Source of the DNA: Escherichia phage a48
Reading direction: 5' to 3' (one strand)
Sequence record: OQ067375.1
Length of the DNA stretch: 64,000 nt
Of the stretch, positions 28,460 through 38,215 are shown piece after piece. How positions within the stretch are numbered: position 1 is the stretch's first letter; each line of letters starts with the position of its first letter. Below the pieces are notes generated by a model. That model saw nothing but the letters and a program-made list of their open reading frames with translations, had not been told where the DNA came from and did no database searches. Both the position numbers and the translations under genes were made by a program.

Positions 28460-28645
28460 TTAAAGCGTATTCACATAAGCTATTAATTCGTTTTCTTTCT
28501 TATCAAACCGATCAGCAAATTCTTCTTGCTGATCGGGAGATAGCGGGCCATATTCATCATAAAAGGTGTTTGCTTCTGTATGCTCATCTAGAAGTTCATG
28601 GATAAGCTCAAACAATTTATCTTTTTGTTCTTTACTCAGACTCAT
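28460..28645 (-). CDS. small acidic hypothetical protein (tk.1 position)
   Basis: 61 aa ORF. Confidence 0.45.
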   Translation of the reverse strand: MSLSKEQKDKLFELIHELLDEHTEANTFYDEYGPLSPDQQEEFADRFDKKENELIAYVNTL

Positions 28646-28815
28646 ATATTAATTTCCAGGAGTTTTAAAATAATTCGCTTTTGCTTAAATATTTCCATAG
28701 TTAAATGACCAGTATCTTTTTGACCGATTCCAATGGCAAAACCTTTATTGACAGCGAGTTCAATTAAATTATCAAGCTCACGTAACACTTCATATTGTAA
28801 CTCAAAACTATTCAT
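28644..28815 (-). CDS. small hypothetical protein
   Basis: ~56-aa hand-found ORF (MNSFELQYEVLRELDNL...) with ATGA-type overlaps at both ends; boundaries approximate. Confidence 0.3.
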
Positions 28816-29018
28816 TTTGGTTTACCTTCTTTAACGAAATCGGGATAAGGATAAAATCCTGAATAAAATCCTTCACCTTTATGATTGATGCATCCTTTAT
28901 TAGAACAATAGCACCAATAATCGAAATCACAAGCCATTTCATCATTACATAAAGCAAAAACAACAGGCCATTTACACTTTTCACAATGTGCATTTTTAAG
29001 AATACTAGTTTGGCTCAT
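28812..29018 (-). CDS. small Cys-rich protein
   Basis: ~68 aa from MSQTSILKNAHCEKCKW...; nine Cys; start overlaps the upstream stop. Confidence 0.45.
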   Translation of the reverse strand: MSQTSILKNAHCEKCKWPVVFALCNDEMACDFDYWCYCSNKGCINHKGEGFYSGFYPYPDFVKEGKPK

Positions 29019-29227
29019 AACCATGTAACCTTTAAGCAATATTCTTCTACGTGCTGTTTACGACCTTTCTTATCAATAAAGGTATATTCAACGAATGTTC
29101 CAATATAGTCTTTATCTACATCATGCGGACTATTAATTGGGCATTTAGTACGGCAAATGCGTTCCCATTGACGAATAATTTCCGCTTTGTTTTTAGGGTC
29201 AAACGGATGCGGGTAATGTGCTTTCAT
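29015..29227 (-). CDS. small hypothetical protein
   Basis: 70 aa ORF. Confidence 0.45.
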   Translation of the reverse strand: MKAHYPHPFDPKNKAEIIRQWERICRTKCPINSPHDVDKDYIGTFVEYTFIDKKGRKQHVEEYCLKVTWL

Positions 29228-29678
29228 AATCCACCACTATTAAATCAATATCAGGAGTAAACATGTCGATTAATTTAGAAACCTTATCCCAATCACCGCC
29301 AGCAATACCGCAACCTATGCGTGGAATATAAATTACAGGTTTAAACAAAAGGGTTTCTGCCTGTAGATTTAATTCTATCATGCAGTTTACTAAAGCACCA
29401 TAATCAAGATTAGGACCCGGTTCGTATTGTGTATACAGGTTATAGCATATACCAAATCCTGTAGGATTATGTTTAAAAACAATAGACATATCGCCTAATT
29501 TATCACGAGAACCGTACTCGGTAGTGGTTTTATCTATTTCTAAAATTTTGGGATAGGCTCTTGCTAATTGACCTGCTACGCCAGAGCCCATTGTGTGGAA
29601 GCAATTACACCCGTGCGCAATAATATTACCTTGAAGAAATAGGGCGACAATATCGCCCTTGATATATTTTACAATCAT
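29199..29678 (-). CDS. macrodomain protein, TARG1/OARD1/DarG-like (ADP-ribose hydrolase candidate)
   Basis: 159 aa; N-terminal KGD...AHGCNCFHTMGSGVAGQ and C-terminal IPRIGCGIAGGDW match both conserved macrodomain boxes. Confidence 0.7.
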   Translation of the reverse strand: MIVKYIKGDIVALFLQGNIIAHGCNCFHTMGSGVAGQLARAYPKILEIDKTTTEYGSRDKLGDMSIVFKHNPTGFGICYNLYTQYEPGPNLDYGALVNCMIELNLQAETLLFKPVIYIPRIGCGIAGGDWDKVSKLIDMFTPDIDLIVVDYESTLPASV

Positions 29679-30016
29679 CTAGTACTCAATCCTCGATTAT
29701 AAGAATCTACTAAACGGTCAACCATTGAATGACAAGCGGCTTTGTCTTTCTCCTCCGCAACTGAACATTCTAAGGTATTCCACTTTTTAGCATATCGTTT
29801 TAACAATGTATCATTTTTATATCTGCTTGATTTATCTCTTTCTCCGTCTTTATATGCATATATTAATTTCTGCGCAAATTCAGCTTGACATGCTTTATTT
29901 TTCCCGCAATAATCCGCGGCAGTACGGTTTACATACTCTCTAATTTCAGTATATGATGTATTTGCTAACGCAGAAAATGAAATTAATCCTACACATAAAA
30001 CCAAAATTTTAGTCAT
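29675..30016 (-). CDS. secreted small protein (vs position in the T4 order)
   Basis: 113 aa; N-terminal signal peptide MTKILVLCVGLISFSALA; four Cys. Confidence 0.5.
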   Translation of the reverse strand: MTKILVLCVGLISFSALANTSYTEIREYVNRTAADYCGKNKACQAEFAQKLIYAYKDGERDKSSRYKNDTLLKRYAKKWNTLECSVAEEKDKAACHSMVDRLVDSYNRGLSTR

Positions 30017-30554
30017 TTACTATTTCCAAAAGTTTATTATTTTTAAGGTAATTAGCCTTTTCTAGGACTTCAGAAGCATATTTAGAACCAGCTTTAACAT
30101 TCCATCCCGAATTATAAGAGGATATTGCTTTTCTTATATCGCCCTTATGTATATTTAACCAATAAGAAAGTTCAATGTACGCCCAGGAAGCTGAATTGGA
30201 TCGTTTATTCAACATTCTTTTTATTTCAGCATCAGTCATATTATAACCAAGTTCCTTAACTCTCGCTCGCATAGTAGGCAAATAATTTTGGAACATTCCG
30301 TAGGCGTGATGCTTTGGTTTAGATTTTAAATTAACTCCGCCAGAGCTTTCTTGCCATAAAATGGCTGCCATTATATGACCTAATCCACTCTTGTGGATGT
30401 TTTTGTGTGTTTTATATTTTCCATCCTTAGAAAATTGTTCCCCGAATTGATACGCGTAACGCATGTTATCGAGTTGGACATTACTGAAAGTATGCTCGGA
30501 GCTATGTGCCATCATTGAAATGGCCAATAGACCAGCGAGTAGTGCTTTTCTCAT
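30009..30554 (-). CDS. periplasmic lytic-transglycosylase-like protein (vs.1 position)
   Basis: 181 aa; signal peptide plus an ILWQESSGG motif reminiscent of a soluble lytic transglycosylase catalytic Glu-Ser region. Confidence 0.55.
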   Translation of the reverse strand: MRKALLAGLLAISMMAHSSEHTFSNVQLDNMRYAYQFGEQFSKDGKYKTHKNIHKSGLGHIMAAILWQESSGGVNLKSKPKHHAYGMFQNYLPTMRARVKELGYNMTDAEIKRMLNKRSNSASWAYIELSYWLNIHKGDIRKAISSYNSGWNVKAGSKYASEVLEKANYLKNNKLLEIVND

Positions 30555-30561
30555 GCTTACC

Positions 30562-31023
30562 TCATTGAGTTTTAATTACTGCTTTAGAAGCCTTTCCTGG
30601 TAAACGACGACTGTTAATAATTGCCATTCTACATTGAAGTGACGGGTCTTTGAACTTCTCATTAGGTTTACAAACTGTAAATCCAAGCCAAAGATTTCCA
30701 TCTGTGATTTCTAAACGTCCAGGACGATATTCAACCCCATCAATAAAATCCTCATCGATGTCAGGACGCGGAGGCATACTCAGGAATTCATTAACTTCTA
30801 AAACATGGTCTTTTATTTTGTGGAATAATTCAAAAACATATGTCTCATCAATCTCCCGTTGAATTGCACGATCAAGAAGATGCTGAGAATATTTTAGATG
30901 AAACGATGAGACTCCTGCTGCTTTTGATGCCTCACGAATCTCATTGTTAATTTGACGAAACTCCGACTCAAAGTGACGACGAAGCTTATTTCGACGGATA
31001 AAAACTTCAGTGTTGATAGTCAT
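30562..31023 (-). CDS. regB: RegB site-specific endoribonuclease
   Basis: 153 aa; sequence matches T4 RegB as recalled; strong early promoter immediately upstream. Confidence 0.88.
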   Translation of the reverse strand: MTINTEVFIRRNKLRRHFESEFRQINNEIREASKAAGVSSFHLKYSQHLLDRAIQREIDETYVFELFHKIKDHVLEVNEFLSMPPRPDIDEDFIDGVEYRPGRLEITDGNLWLGFTVCKPNEKFKDPSLQCRMAIINSRRLPGKASKAVIKTQ

Positions 31024-31050
31024 GTTATTCTCCTCTTAACTGATAGAAAA

Positions 31051-31080
31051 ATTATACCACAGTCAAGAGGAAAAGTAAAC
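31051..31080 (-). promoter_or_regulatory. early promoter of regB (-35 GTTTACT, 17 bp, -10 TATAAT)
   Basis: Consensus-quality hexamers 27 bp upstream of the regB ATG. Confidence 0.7.
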
Positions 31081-31082
31081 AG

Positions 31083-31361
31083 TTATTCTTTAAATCTAAT
31101 CAATTTATTCATAGACTTTGAAACTTCTGCACGAACCTCATGTAGATTTTTGAGCTGTTCAAGACGCTGCGTATAGTAAGCAATTTCATCTTCTTCGAGA
31201 CAGTCCTGCGAATCTTCTTTAAGATACCGTGCATAGTCCTGGAAAGCGTTACGGACTACTTCCTGGAAGTCATCAAGACTTTGAATTTTCTTAGGAGCAA
31301 CAGATACACGACGAGGGGCAGTATAATACTCATAACCAAACCCTGCGCTTAATTGAGCCAT
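31083..31361 (-). CDS. hypothetical protein (vs.3 position)
   Basis: Trimmed to the ATG at 31359-31361, which overlaps the upstream stop (TAATG). Confidence 0.45.
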   Translation of the reverse strand: MAQLSAGFGYEYYTAPRRVSVAPKKIQSLDDFQEVVRNAFQDYARYLKEDSQDCLEEDEIAYYTQRLEQLKNLHEVRAEVSKSMNKLIRFKE

Positions 31362-31627
31362 TAGTATTTTTCCTCTGGTTGGAACACTGCACGACAAGCC
31401 CACATACTGGCTTCTTTGAGTTTCGTTTTAGCAATAGTTAACTGATCGAGGCTTTCAGCATAATTCTTCGCGAATTCACAGTCTTCACAATTATCTAGTG
31501 CTTCCCAGAATTCATCGTATAAAGCGTCAAAGATAAGTCCTAAACGAACTTCAGCGTCTTTGATTGCATTCACTTTACCGATTTTCTCTTCAGTATGTGG
31601 TTTATAACCTTTAATGTCTTCAATCAT
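31361..31627 (-). CDS. probable Acb2 (vs.4) anti-CBASS cyclic-oligonucleotide sponge
   Basis: 88 aa from [17 protein letters not shown]...; position and size correspond to T4 vs.4; identity by recollection only. Confidence 0.5.
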   Translation of the reverse strand: MIEDIKGYKPHTEEKIGKVNAIKDAEVRLGLIFDALYDEFWEALDNCEDCEFAKNYAESLDQLTIAKTKLKEASMWACRAVFQPEEKY

Positions 31628-31841
31628 ATTTGACTTCCTCGCCAGTACCCAAATCATATTCAACTAAACGAATAGGTTCATGAATGCCATATCCCTGAAC
31701 AGAAATTTCTGTCGTAGGATAAATTCCATCAATATCACCCATATTCCACGCTTCATTAAATTGCTGTTCACCTGAATTACTAAACCACTCGGCGAAAGCA
31801 TTTAACACATCTTCAGAACCTTCAATAATTATCTTTGCCAT
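31620..31841 (-). CDS. small acidic hypothetical protein (vs.5 position)
   Basis: 73 aa ORF. Confidence 0.5.
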   Translation of the reverse strand: MAKIIIEGSEDVLNAFAEWFSNSGEQQFNEAWNMGDIDGIYPTTEISVQGYGIHEPIRLVEYDLGTGEEVKYD

Positions 31842-32203
31842 TACAAACTTTCAGTAAAGGTACGAGCGATAACGTCGCGCTGCTGTTCCGGAGTCAGAGA
31901 GTTAAAGCGAACTGCATAACCGGATACACGGATGGTCAGCTGCGGATATTTTTCCGGATGCTTAACTGCATCTTCCAGAGTTTCACGACGCAGAACGTTA
32001 ACGTTCAGGTGTTGACCACCTTCAATTTTAACTGTAGGTTGTGGCTCAATTTCAATTTCACGGGCATGCAAACCATAGAAAATTTCTGGGTCTACAAAAG
32101 AGTCCTCTTTAAAGGTTTTAGAGACAATAATTCGTGCTTGAATACCATCTTCAAAATAAATAGTACCTTTATGTGTGCCTTCAAGAATTTGATATGCTTT
32201 CAT
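31841..32203 (-). CDS. autonomous glycyl-radical cofactor (GrcA/YfiD-like)
   Basis: 120 aa; C-terminus ...[29 protein letters not shown] carries the glycyl-radical motif. Confidence 0.8.
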   Translation of the reverse strand: MKAYQILEGTHKGTIYFEDGIQARIIVSKTFKEDSFVDPEIFYGLHAREIEIEPQPTVKIEGGQHLNVNVLRRETLEDAVKHPEKYPQLTIRVSGYAVRFNSLTPEQQRDVIARTFTESL

Positions 32204-32210
32204 ATAAACC

Positions 32211-32591
32211 TCAATTAGAAAATAAATTTATCCAAGATTGTTCTTTAATTAAAAATGGCTCAGAATCATATGCCATTAAACTTTGGGTAATTAACCCTTT
32301 AAAAGGTCCATCAATAAATTCCATGGTAAAATATGGAATTTTATTCATTAGCCGTGCATTAGGAGCAGTGCACAAAACTCTGCATCCTTTGAATACACCT
32401 TTTTGTAATTTGTATTGCTTGGGATAAAATTCGCTTAAAATGTTGTTATTTGCCAAAATTTCAAAATGATTCACCAATTTATTTTTAATAGTTTTTGGCG
32501 AAAAATAAAGATATTCGAAAAGCTGTGTGTCTGTCATCATTGCATTCCGATTACGAAAAACTGCGGACGAGTAATACCACCAATGCAACAT
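32211..32591 (-). CDS. hypothetical protein
   Basis: 126 aa ORF. Confidence 0.45.
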   Translation of the reverse strand: MLHWWYYSSAVFRNRNAMMTDTQLFEYLYFSPKTIKNKLVNHFEILANNNILSEFYPKQYKLQKGVFKGCRVLCTAPNARLMNKIPYFTMEFIDGPFKGLITQSLMAYDSEPFLIKEQSWINLFSN

Positions 32592-33124
32592 TTACTATTA
32601 CAGCAGTGTTGCACAGTTTCAATATGAATATCGTAAATTTTATCCATATCAGGAGATTTAACAGGCTCATCGATTATATACAAAATTCGCGAAAGAGATA
32701 AACCTCTGAACTTGCTTCCTTTATTACCGATAAAACTACGGACAGAATCAGTAAATAAGCGGAATCGAATATCATCACTAGAATAACGAGAAAATTCTTT
32801 TTTAATGTGGCCTGCAGAAATTTTAGCGTAAGCTGAAGTATTAGAAAGAACAATAACTGTTCCACCGTCATACAGCCAATTAGCAGCAAAGTTAGTCACA
32901 GCAGTTGATTTACCAGATTGGCGTCCACCATCTAGTCGAAGTGTACAATATTGTTTAAGCAAGTCTTCAAATGGTGGGATATAATCGTTTTTACAAATTT
33001 CTTCTACTCTAGCATCAGAATGGTGTGTAAAAGCATTCATCAGGGATAGATAAGGACCAGTTAAAAATGTTCTCATTTTATTCTCTCTAAATTTGGGCCA
33101 TTCCATGGCACATGAATTGTCCAT
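32537..33124 (-). CDS. P-loop-containing hypothetical protein
   Basis: 195 aa; Walker A-like GRQSGKST; C-terminal Cys cluster. Confidence 0.5.
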   Translation of the reverse strand: MDNSCAMEWPKFRENKMRTFLTGPYLSLMNAFTHHSDARVEEICKNDYIPPFEDLLKQYCTLRLDGGRQSGKSTAVTNFAANWLYDGGTVIVLSNTSAYAKISAGHIKKEFSRYSSDDIRFRLFTDSVRSFIGNKGSKFRGLSLSRILYIIDEPVKSPDMDKIYDIHIETVQHCCNSKCCIGGITRPQFFVIGMQ

Positions 33125-33229
33125 TTCTGTATTTACCCATTACCGCACTTGGGCTCGACCTTATTACAGGTTGGCGGGAATCCCTCATAGAATCATGAGG
33201 TCCAGCTTGTTCCCATATTTCTTATTTGC

Positions 33230-33703
33230 TTATTTGAATGATTTGACGTACTGAATAGAGCCTTTGCTATTCACGAAAGCGATTTTACCATTTTTATTAT
33301 ACATGGTAGCAGTACGCTGATAACCATAAGTTTGTTTACCAGATTGATAACCAACTAATGCAAAATTATCTTCGCCCATTTTATTCTGTTTGGCGCGGAT
33401 ACGTTCATGACCGTGTGCCATAAGAACCTTAGCGTCGCCAGTTGCAATGGATCTACGAGTTTTTTCATCTTCAACCGTATTAACAAAGTCGTCAAATGAA
33501 TCAAATTTAGCATGAGATTTATTATACAGTTTTCCATCTACTGCATAATTATATCCCTGTACATCCATCTCAACTTCTGTACCATCATCCAATACAGCAG
33601 TGATTTTTTGACCTTTTTTAAATTTCAAAAGATCAGTAAAAGATTCAGCGATAATTTGAGAATTAATAGCTGCTTCAGTAATAAATTCTTGATATGTTTT
33701 CAT
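33230..33703 (-). CDS. internal-protein-like capsid-targeted protein
   Basis: 157 aa; N-terminus MKTYQEFITEAA matches the T4 internal-protein capsid targeting sequence. Confidence 0.6.
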   Translation of the reverse strand: MKTYQEFITEAAINSQIIAESFTDLLKFKKGQKITAVLDDGTEVEMDVQGYNYAVDGKLYNKSHAKFDSFDDFVNTVEDEKTRRSIATGDAKVLMAHGHERIRAKQNKMGEDNFALVGYQSGKQTYGYQRTATMYNKNGKIAFVNSKGSIQYVKSFK

Positions 33704-33712
33704 GTGTTTCCT

Positions 33713-34129
33713 TTAAATGTAAATATTTTTGCCGTAGTATTTATACCAGTGTGGCTTCATTAAAATTTTTTCATCGAGTCGTTGTTGACTCAATTTAATA
33801 GCCGATTTGCATGGGTTATAATCATTTTTCCATTCTGCTGGAATATCGCTGATGTCAGGAACTTCAGTATCTTTTATACTAAACCCGCGTTTTAAGCATT
33901 CCGTTATAATGTCTGATTGACGCTTTCGCAAAAATTCTAACTTATCATAAAAGAACGTAACATGACCAGAACCTAAAATAAACTCGGAAGATATTTTAAA
34001 ATCTTTAACCCGCTTACCATTTGCCACATGTTTACGAACTATACCAAAAACACGTGGCAATTCACGGTATTCTGCGATTAAATGTTGATCAACAAGTTCA
34101 GATACTAAAGTCAAATTAATACGAGTCAT
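33713..34129 (-). CDS. denV: endonuclease V (pyrimidine dimer DNA glycosylase)
   Basis: 138 aa; sequence closely matches T4 endonuclease V as recalled. Confidence 0.92.
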   Translation of the reverse strand: MTRINLTLVSELVDQHLIAEYRELPRVFGIVRKHVANGKRVKDFKISSEFILGSGHVTFFYDKLEFLRKRQSDIITECLKRGFSIKDTEVPDISDIPAEWKNDYNPCKSAIKLSQQRLDEKILMKPHWYKYYGKNIYI

Positions 34130-34154
34130 TTTATCCCTCCAAGTAATTGTGAAT

Positions 34155-34184
34155 ATACTATCACAATTCTAGGAGAAAGTAAAC
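34155..34184 (-). promoter_or_regulatory. early sigma70-type promoter upstream of denV
   Basis: -35 GTTTACT, -10 TAGTAT; between e and denV. Confidence 0.55.
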
Positions 34185-34188
34185 AACT

Positions 34189-34719
<531 letters not shown>

Positions 34720-35175
34720 TTAAAAGAGGCTGTTCATTATTCGGTAAAGTGAAGGGCCCATCACATATTGCCACTGAGTACGAGGAATAAGAGCAAAAGC
34801 ATCCATCTCTGGAATCATAACGCCATCTTTATTTTCAAAATAAGACTCGCAATGGCAATTTCTAAACATCTCATGCTCTACTGGAATCGTATAATAAAAT
34901 AACTGTAAGTCTTTATTACTAGAATATTTAAATACACCTAGGTCTTCTAGAAGGTCTGGATTATAATTGCTAAAACCAGTCTCTTCTAAGCATTCTCTTC
35001 GTGCTGCATCTAGTGCGCTTAAATCAGAATTTTCTACGCGGCCCTTTGGAATATCCCAACGATGTGCCATCATTCCAGGCTTACGAGAACCAGTAACCCG
35101 ACCCATAAATAAATCTTTATCTTCTGTCATAAAGATAATACCAGCTGATAATGTTTTCATTTTAATTTCCTGCAT
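34720..35175 (-). CDS. nudE: Nudix hydrolase NudE (e.1)
   Basis: 151 aa; Nudix box GRVENSDLSALDAARRECLEETGF. Confidence 0.82.
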   Translation of the reverse strand: MQEIKMKTLSAGIIFMTEDKDLFMGRVTGSRKPGMMAHRWDIPKGRVENSDLSALDAARRECLEETGFSNYNPDLLEDLGVFKYSSNKDLQLFYYTIPVEHEMFRNCHCESYFENKDGVMIPEMDAFALIPRTQWQYVMGPSLYRIMNSLF

Positions 35176-35645
35176 TCAGTGATAAAGTTATTTAAATTTT
35201 GAGCATATTTCTTTTCATCAAAAATCTTTTGTTGTCTGCGTAACCGCCATGGCATTTCAATGAACACACACCATATTCCGGATAATATTGCTGCAGTAAA
35301 AATATTAACAAATATAGTACAAAGAGACCAATCTCCTATTCTGTCCATTGGATTTTTTCCAAAGAAGTAAAATACGAATGATGACGCAGGAAGACTAATG
35401 ATATACCACAGAAGCATATTCTTATCCGTAAACCATTCAGCGTTCGTTAACTTAGCACGACCGTTTTGAATACAAACGAATTTATCATCTGTTACAGTAG
35501 ATGGCTTAACTGCTTGATATCCCATTCTAAACTCCCTAATTAATCGTTTCTTTGTATCTTCAGAACAGCCACTCCAATCAACTCTATCAACTGAAATGCC
35601 ATCGTCCCCATCATCTAAATCATACCAGCGAGTTTTTAAAATCAT
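35157..35645 (-). CDS. membrane protein (e.x)
   Basis: 162 aa with two hydrophobic helices. Confidence 0.5.
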   Translation of the reverse strand: MILKTRWYDLDDGDDGISVDRVDWSGCSEDTKKRLIREFRMGYQAVKPSTVTDDKFVCIQNGRAKLTNAEWFTDKNMLLWYIISLPASSFVFYFFGKNPMDRIGDWSLCTIFVNIFTAAILSGIWCVFIEMPWRLRRQQKIFDEKKYAQNLNNFITECRKLK

Positions 35646-36004
35646 CTGATTTTCCTACAATCACTCACAAACTCTTTCATTGATTCATTTTCAATATAAG
35701 ACATGTAGCTATTATATTCTTTTAATTGTATTTTGTAATCTTTTTTTCTTTGCCAATTTATTTTAAAATTATCATAATGAAAATATAACATGGTACCAAA
35801 GAATGAAAACAATGAAATAATTTTAGTATAACAAAGCTCACTCCAAACTTCTGTTATATTTACTGTGCCGTCGATGTTTAAAATAAGACAGTCAATTAAC
35901 AATCCAAAAAGACTACCCGCAAGAGCTGCAGCCAACGCCACAGCAAAAATTAAAAATGACTCAGGAAACGAATATTTGACTTTATTTAGTTTTGGCTTTT
36001 GCAT
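35642..36004 (-). CDS. membrane protein (e.x)
   Basis: 120 aa with hydrophobic segments. Confidence 0.5.
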   Translation of the reverse strand: MQKPKLNKVKYSFPESFLIFAVALAAALAGSLFGLLIDCLILNIDGTVNITEVWSELCYTKIISLFSFFGTMLYFHYDNFKINWQRKKDYKIQLKEYNSYMSYIENESMKEFVSDCRKIR

Positions 36005-36399
36005 CGTGATTCCTTAACAAATTTCATAATTTCATCAAATTCATACGCAGCAAGTTTAAGCTGATGTTCCTTTTTAATCTTTTTACATTGGGCTTTCCAA
36101 TCACGCACGCGTTTACGATAGTGTCTTTCTTGATACCAGTATCCTATCCAATTTACGGGTACTAATAAAAATGGAACTACCAATGGAAGAGTTAGCATTA
36201 ACATAATTATTACACCAGATTCAATATCAGTCATAACATCTAAAACACCTCCAATAATTAATAGAATTACAAATGATATAAGTATAACAGGACCTATTAA
36301 TACATCAGTAGAAATTATCTGACGCTTTAATTCATACTTCAACGGTTTACTTGGAAGGTATAGTGATGGCTTTGACATATTCTCTACATTTCTTAACAA
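35986..36399 (-). CDS. membrane protein (e.x)
   Basis: 137 aa with two to three transmembrane helices. Confidence 0.5.
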   Translation of the reverse strand: MLRNVENMSKPSLYLPSKPLKYELKRQIISTDVLIGPVILISFVILLIIGGVLDVMTDIESGVIIMLMLTLPLVVPFLLVPVNWIGYWYQERHYRKRVRDWKAQCKKIKKEHQLKLAAYEFDEIMKFVKESRCKSQN

Positions 36400-36955
36400 A
36401 TTTTTCTAGTAATAAATCACTTTCAAAATTAGGATTTTCCACTAATTTATCAAAAAGATCATCAACAATATTCAAGATATTTCTTTTACTAAGAATACGT
36501 TTATTTTCATGCTTCGTTTCAGAATCAACTATAAGAGTAAAGAAATATTTCTTTCCCTGAAATTTTACTGTAGTATCAATATAGAATAAATTTGACTTTT
36601 GTAAGTTACGTTTAAACCGTGCGTCACTTAAACTATAAACACCGAGATAATCAAAATCGTCGTTTAAATAACAAACTGTCCATTCAGGAGAAATGAAATC
36701 AGTAAATTCAACATCAAAATCGCATGTCAATGAATAAATTGATTCAATACTGTTAATAAGTATTCCAGGACGTATTAAAGACTTTTTACCTCTGGAAAAT
36801 CTTCCAGAAAGACTTTCATCAGTTTCATATGAAGAACCCCAATAATAATTACGTCCTTCTGCCATACGTTTAAGAGCATTTAATAATTGGTCTGGAACAT
36901 CAACCTGTCTTTGAAACTCTTCAAACATTGAATTGAAATCACTTTGCATTTTCAT
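36347..36955 (-). CDS. hypothetical protein (e.x)
   Basis: 202 aa ORF. Confidence 0.5.
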   Translation of the reverse strand: MKMQSDFNSMFEEFQRQVDVPDQLLNALKRMAEGRNYYWGSSYETDESLSGRFSRGKKSLIRPGILINSIESIYSLTCDFDVEFTDFISPEWTVCYLNDDFDYLGVYSLSDARFKRNLQKSNLFYIDTTVKFQGKKYFFTLIVDSETKHENKRILSKRNILNIVDDLFDKLVENPNFESDLLLEKFVKKCREYVKAITIPSK

Positions 36956-36976
36956 TCCTATTTACTCCAAGTAATA

Positions 36977-36990
36977 GGGGCCGAAGCCCC
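36977..36990 (-). other. UUCG-tetraloop hairpin
   Basis: GGGGC-UUCG-GCCCC on the minus-strand RNA, directly after the stop of the 36997-37590 ORF. Confidence 0.5.
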
Positions 36991-36996
36991 TTATCA

Positions 36997-37590
36997 TTAT
37001 TTCAGAGAATTAATATATTCCTGAACATCGGCAGAGGTAGTTTCAACCCCAGAAATATTGCCATTAAATGTTTCAACTCGGGCAAGAGTATCTTCAATAT
37101 CAACCTTAGTCAGTGCTGCAATTTCAACTACATCATCAGCAGTACTAATTCCAAGGGCATTCGCGGCGCGAGTTTCACGGATATATTCCAATTTAACTGC
37201 AAGTTCTTGGCGAGCATCATCTAACTCAACTACTTTCTTGGCGATTTCAATTCGCATTTCAGCATAACCATCAGCTTTAGTAGTCAGCTGTTCAGCTGTT
37301 CGACGATATAGCAAACCAAGTTTAGCATGCATTGTTACATCTTGACCTTCGGAAAGAAGCTTGCGAATTTCACGCTCTTTTGATTCAGCCTGTTTATTCT
37401 TTTCAACAATAAGTTCACGAATACGTTTTTCTTCATTAATAGATTTAACAGAAGCAGTTTTTAGGTCTTTAATTTTATCAAGCAGTTTTGCTGCTGCAGC
37501 AGTATACTGTTCTTCAACAGATAGATTTTTAGCCATAGCAGAACCAAGTTTAGTGCGAATAAACTCAACAATTTTCTTCAGTGTGTTCAT
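36997..37590 (-). CDS. coiled-coil hypothetical protein
   Basis: 197 aa, strongly helical heptad-rich sequence; stem-loop after the stop. Confidence 0.55.
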
Positions 37591-37635
37591 AGTATTTCCT
37601 TAGGTTAATTAAGATTTAAAATCCATGAGAGTATT

Positions 37636-37812
37636 ATACTCCGGATAGTTTGTAAACTATTTCAACATCGCCTTTTGCTGCTTTATAACCTTCAGCCCAA
37701 GATACAACCGAGTTTTTATCTGAAGATTCAAATTCTGGCATTGGGCTTTCGCCAATGTTCACGCAGTATGTTTCTTCATTTTCGTCAAACCAAATAATTA
37801 AAGTAGTCATTT
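37636..37812 (-). CDS. small hypothetical protein
   Basis: 58-aa hand-found ORF MTTLIIWFDENEETYCVNIGESPM... Confidence 0.3.
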
Positions 37813-37878
37813 ATTTCTCCGTTTCTGTATTTGTTTTGATAAGTCTATAATAACACCGTCCTTGGTGTTTGTACACAA

Positions 37879-38154
37879 TTATTTCATATTATTGAAATAT
37901 TCTTCTGCGATTTCGTCGTTATCATGGTAAACTTTAGAAGACAGTTTAACATAACCTTCAGCAGTGAACATGTTAATCACAACCTTTACAGTATACCACT
38001 GACCATCTTCATTACCCATTACTGCGTAAGTTTCAAACATCGGATGGTCAGGACCGATAACTTTAATATCATTCACCGTACGACCGAAATCTTCTGAAAC
38101 ACATTTCATAAAGAAGTTGAACAGTTCGCCGTAATTATCCATTTCGTTCTCCAA
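37879..38154 (-). CDS. hypothetical protein
   Basis: 91 aa ORF downstream of an early-type promoter. Confidence 0.5.
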   Translation of the reverse strand: MENEMDNYGELFNFFMKCVSEDFGRTVNDIKVIGPDHPMFETYAVMGNEDGQWYTVKVVINMFTAEGYVKLSSKVYHDNDEIAEEYFNNMK

Positions 38155-38185
38155 GTTGTTTTCTGTATCAGTAGTTGATAGTTGT

Positions 38186-38215
38186 ATAGTACCATGGAAG
38201 AACAGGGATGTAAAC
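38186..38215 (-). promoter_or_regulatory. early sigma70-type promoter
   Basis: Conserved core plus TTTCACAAAACTGTTTACA; upstream of the ORF starting at 38154. Confidence 0.6.
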
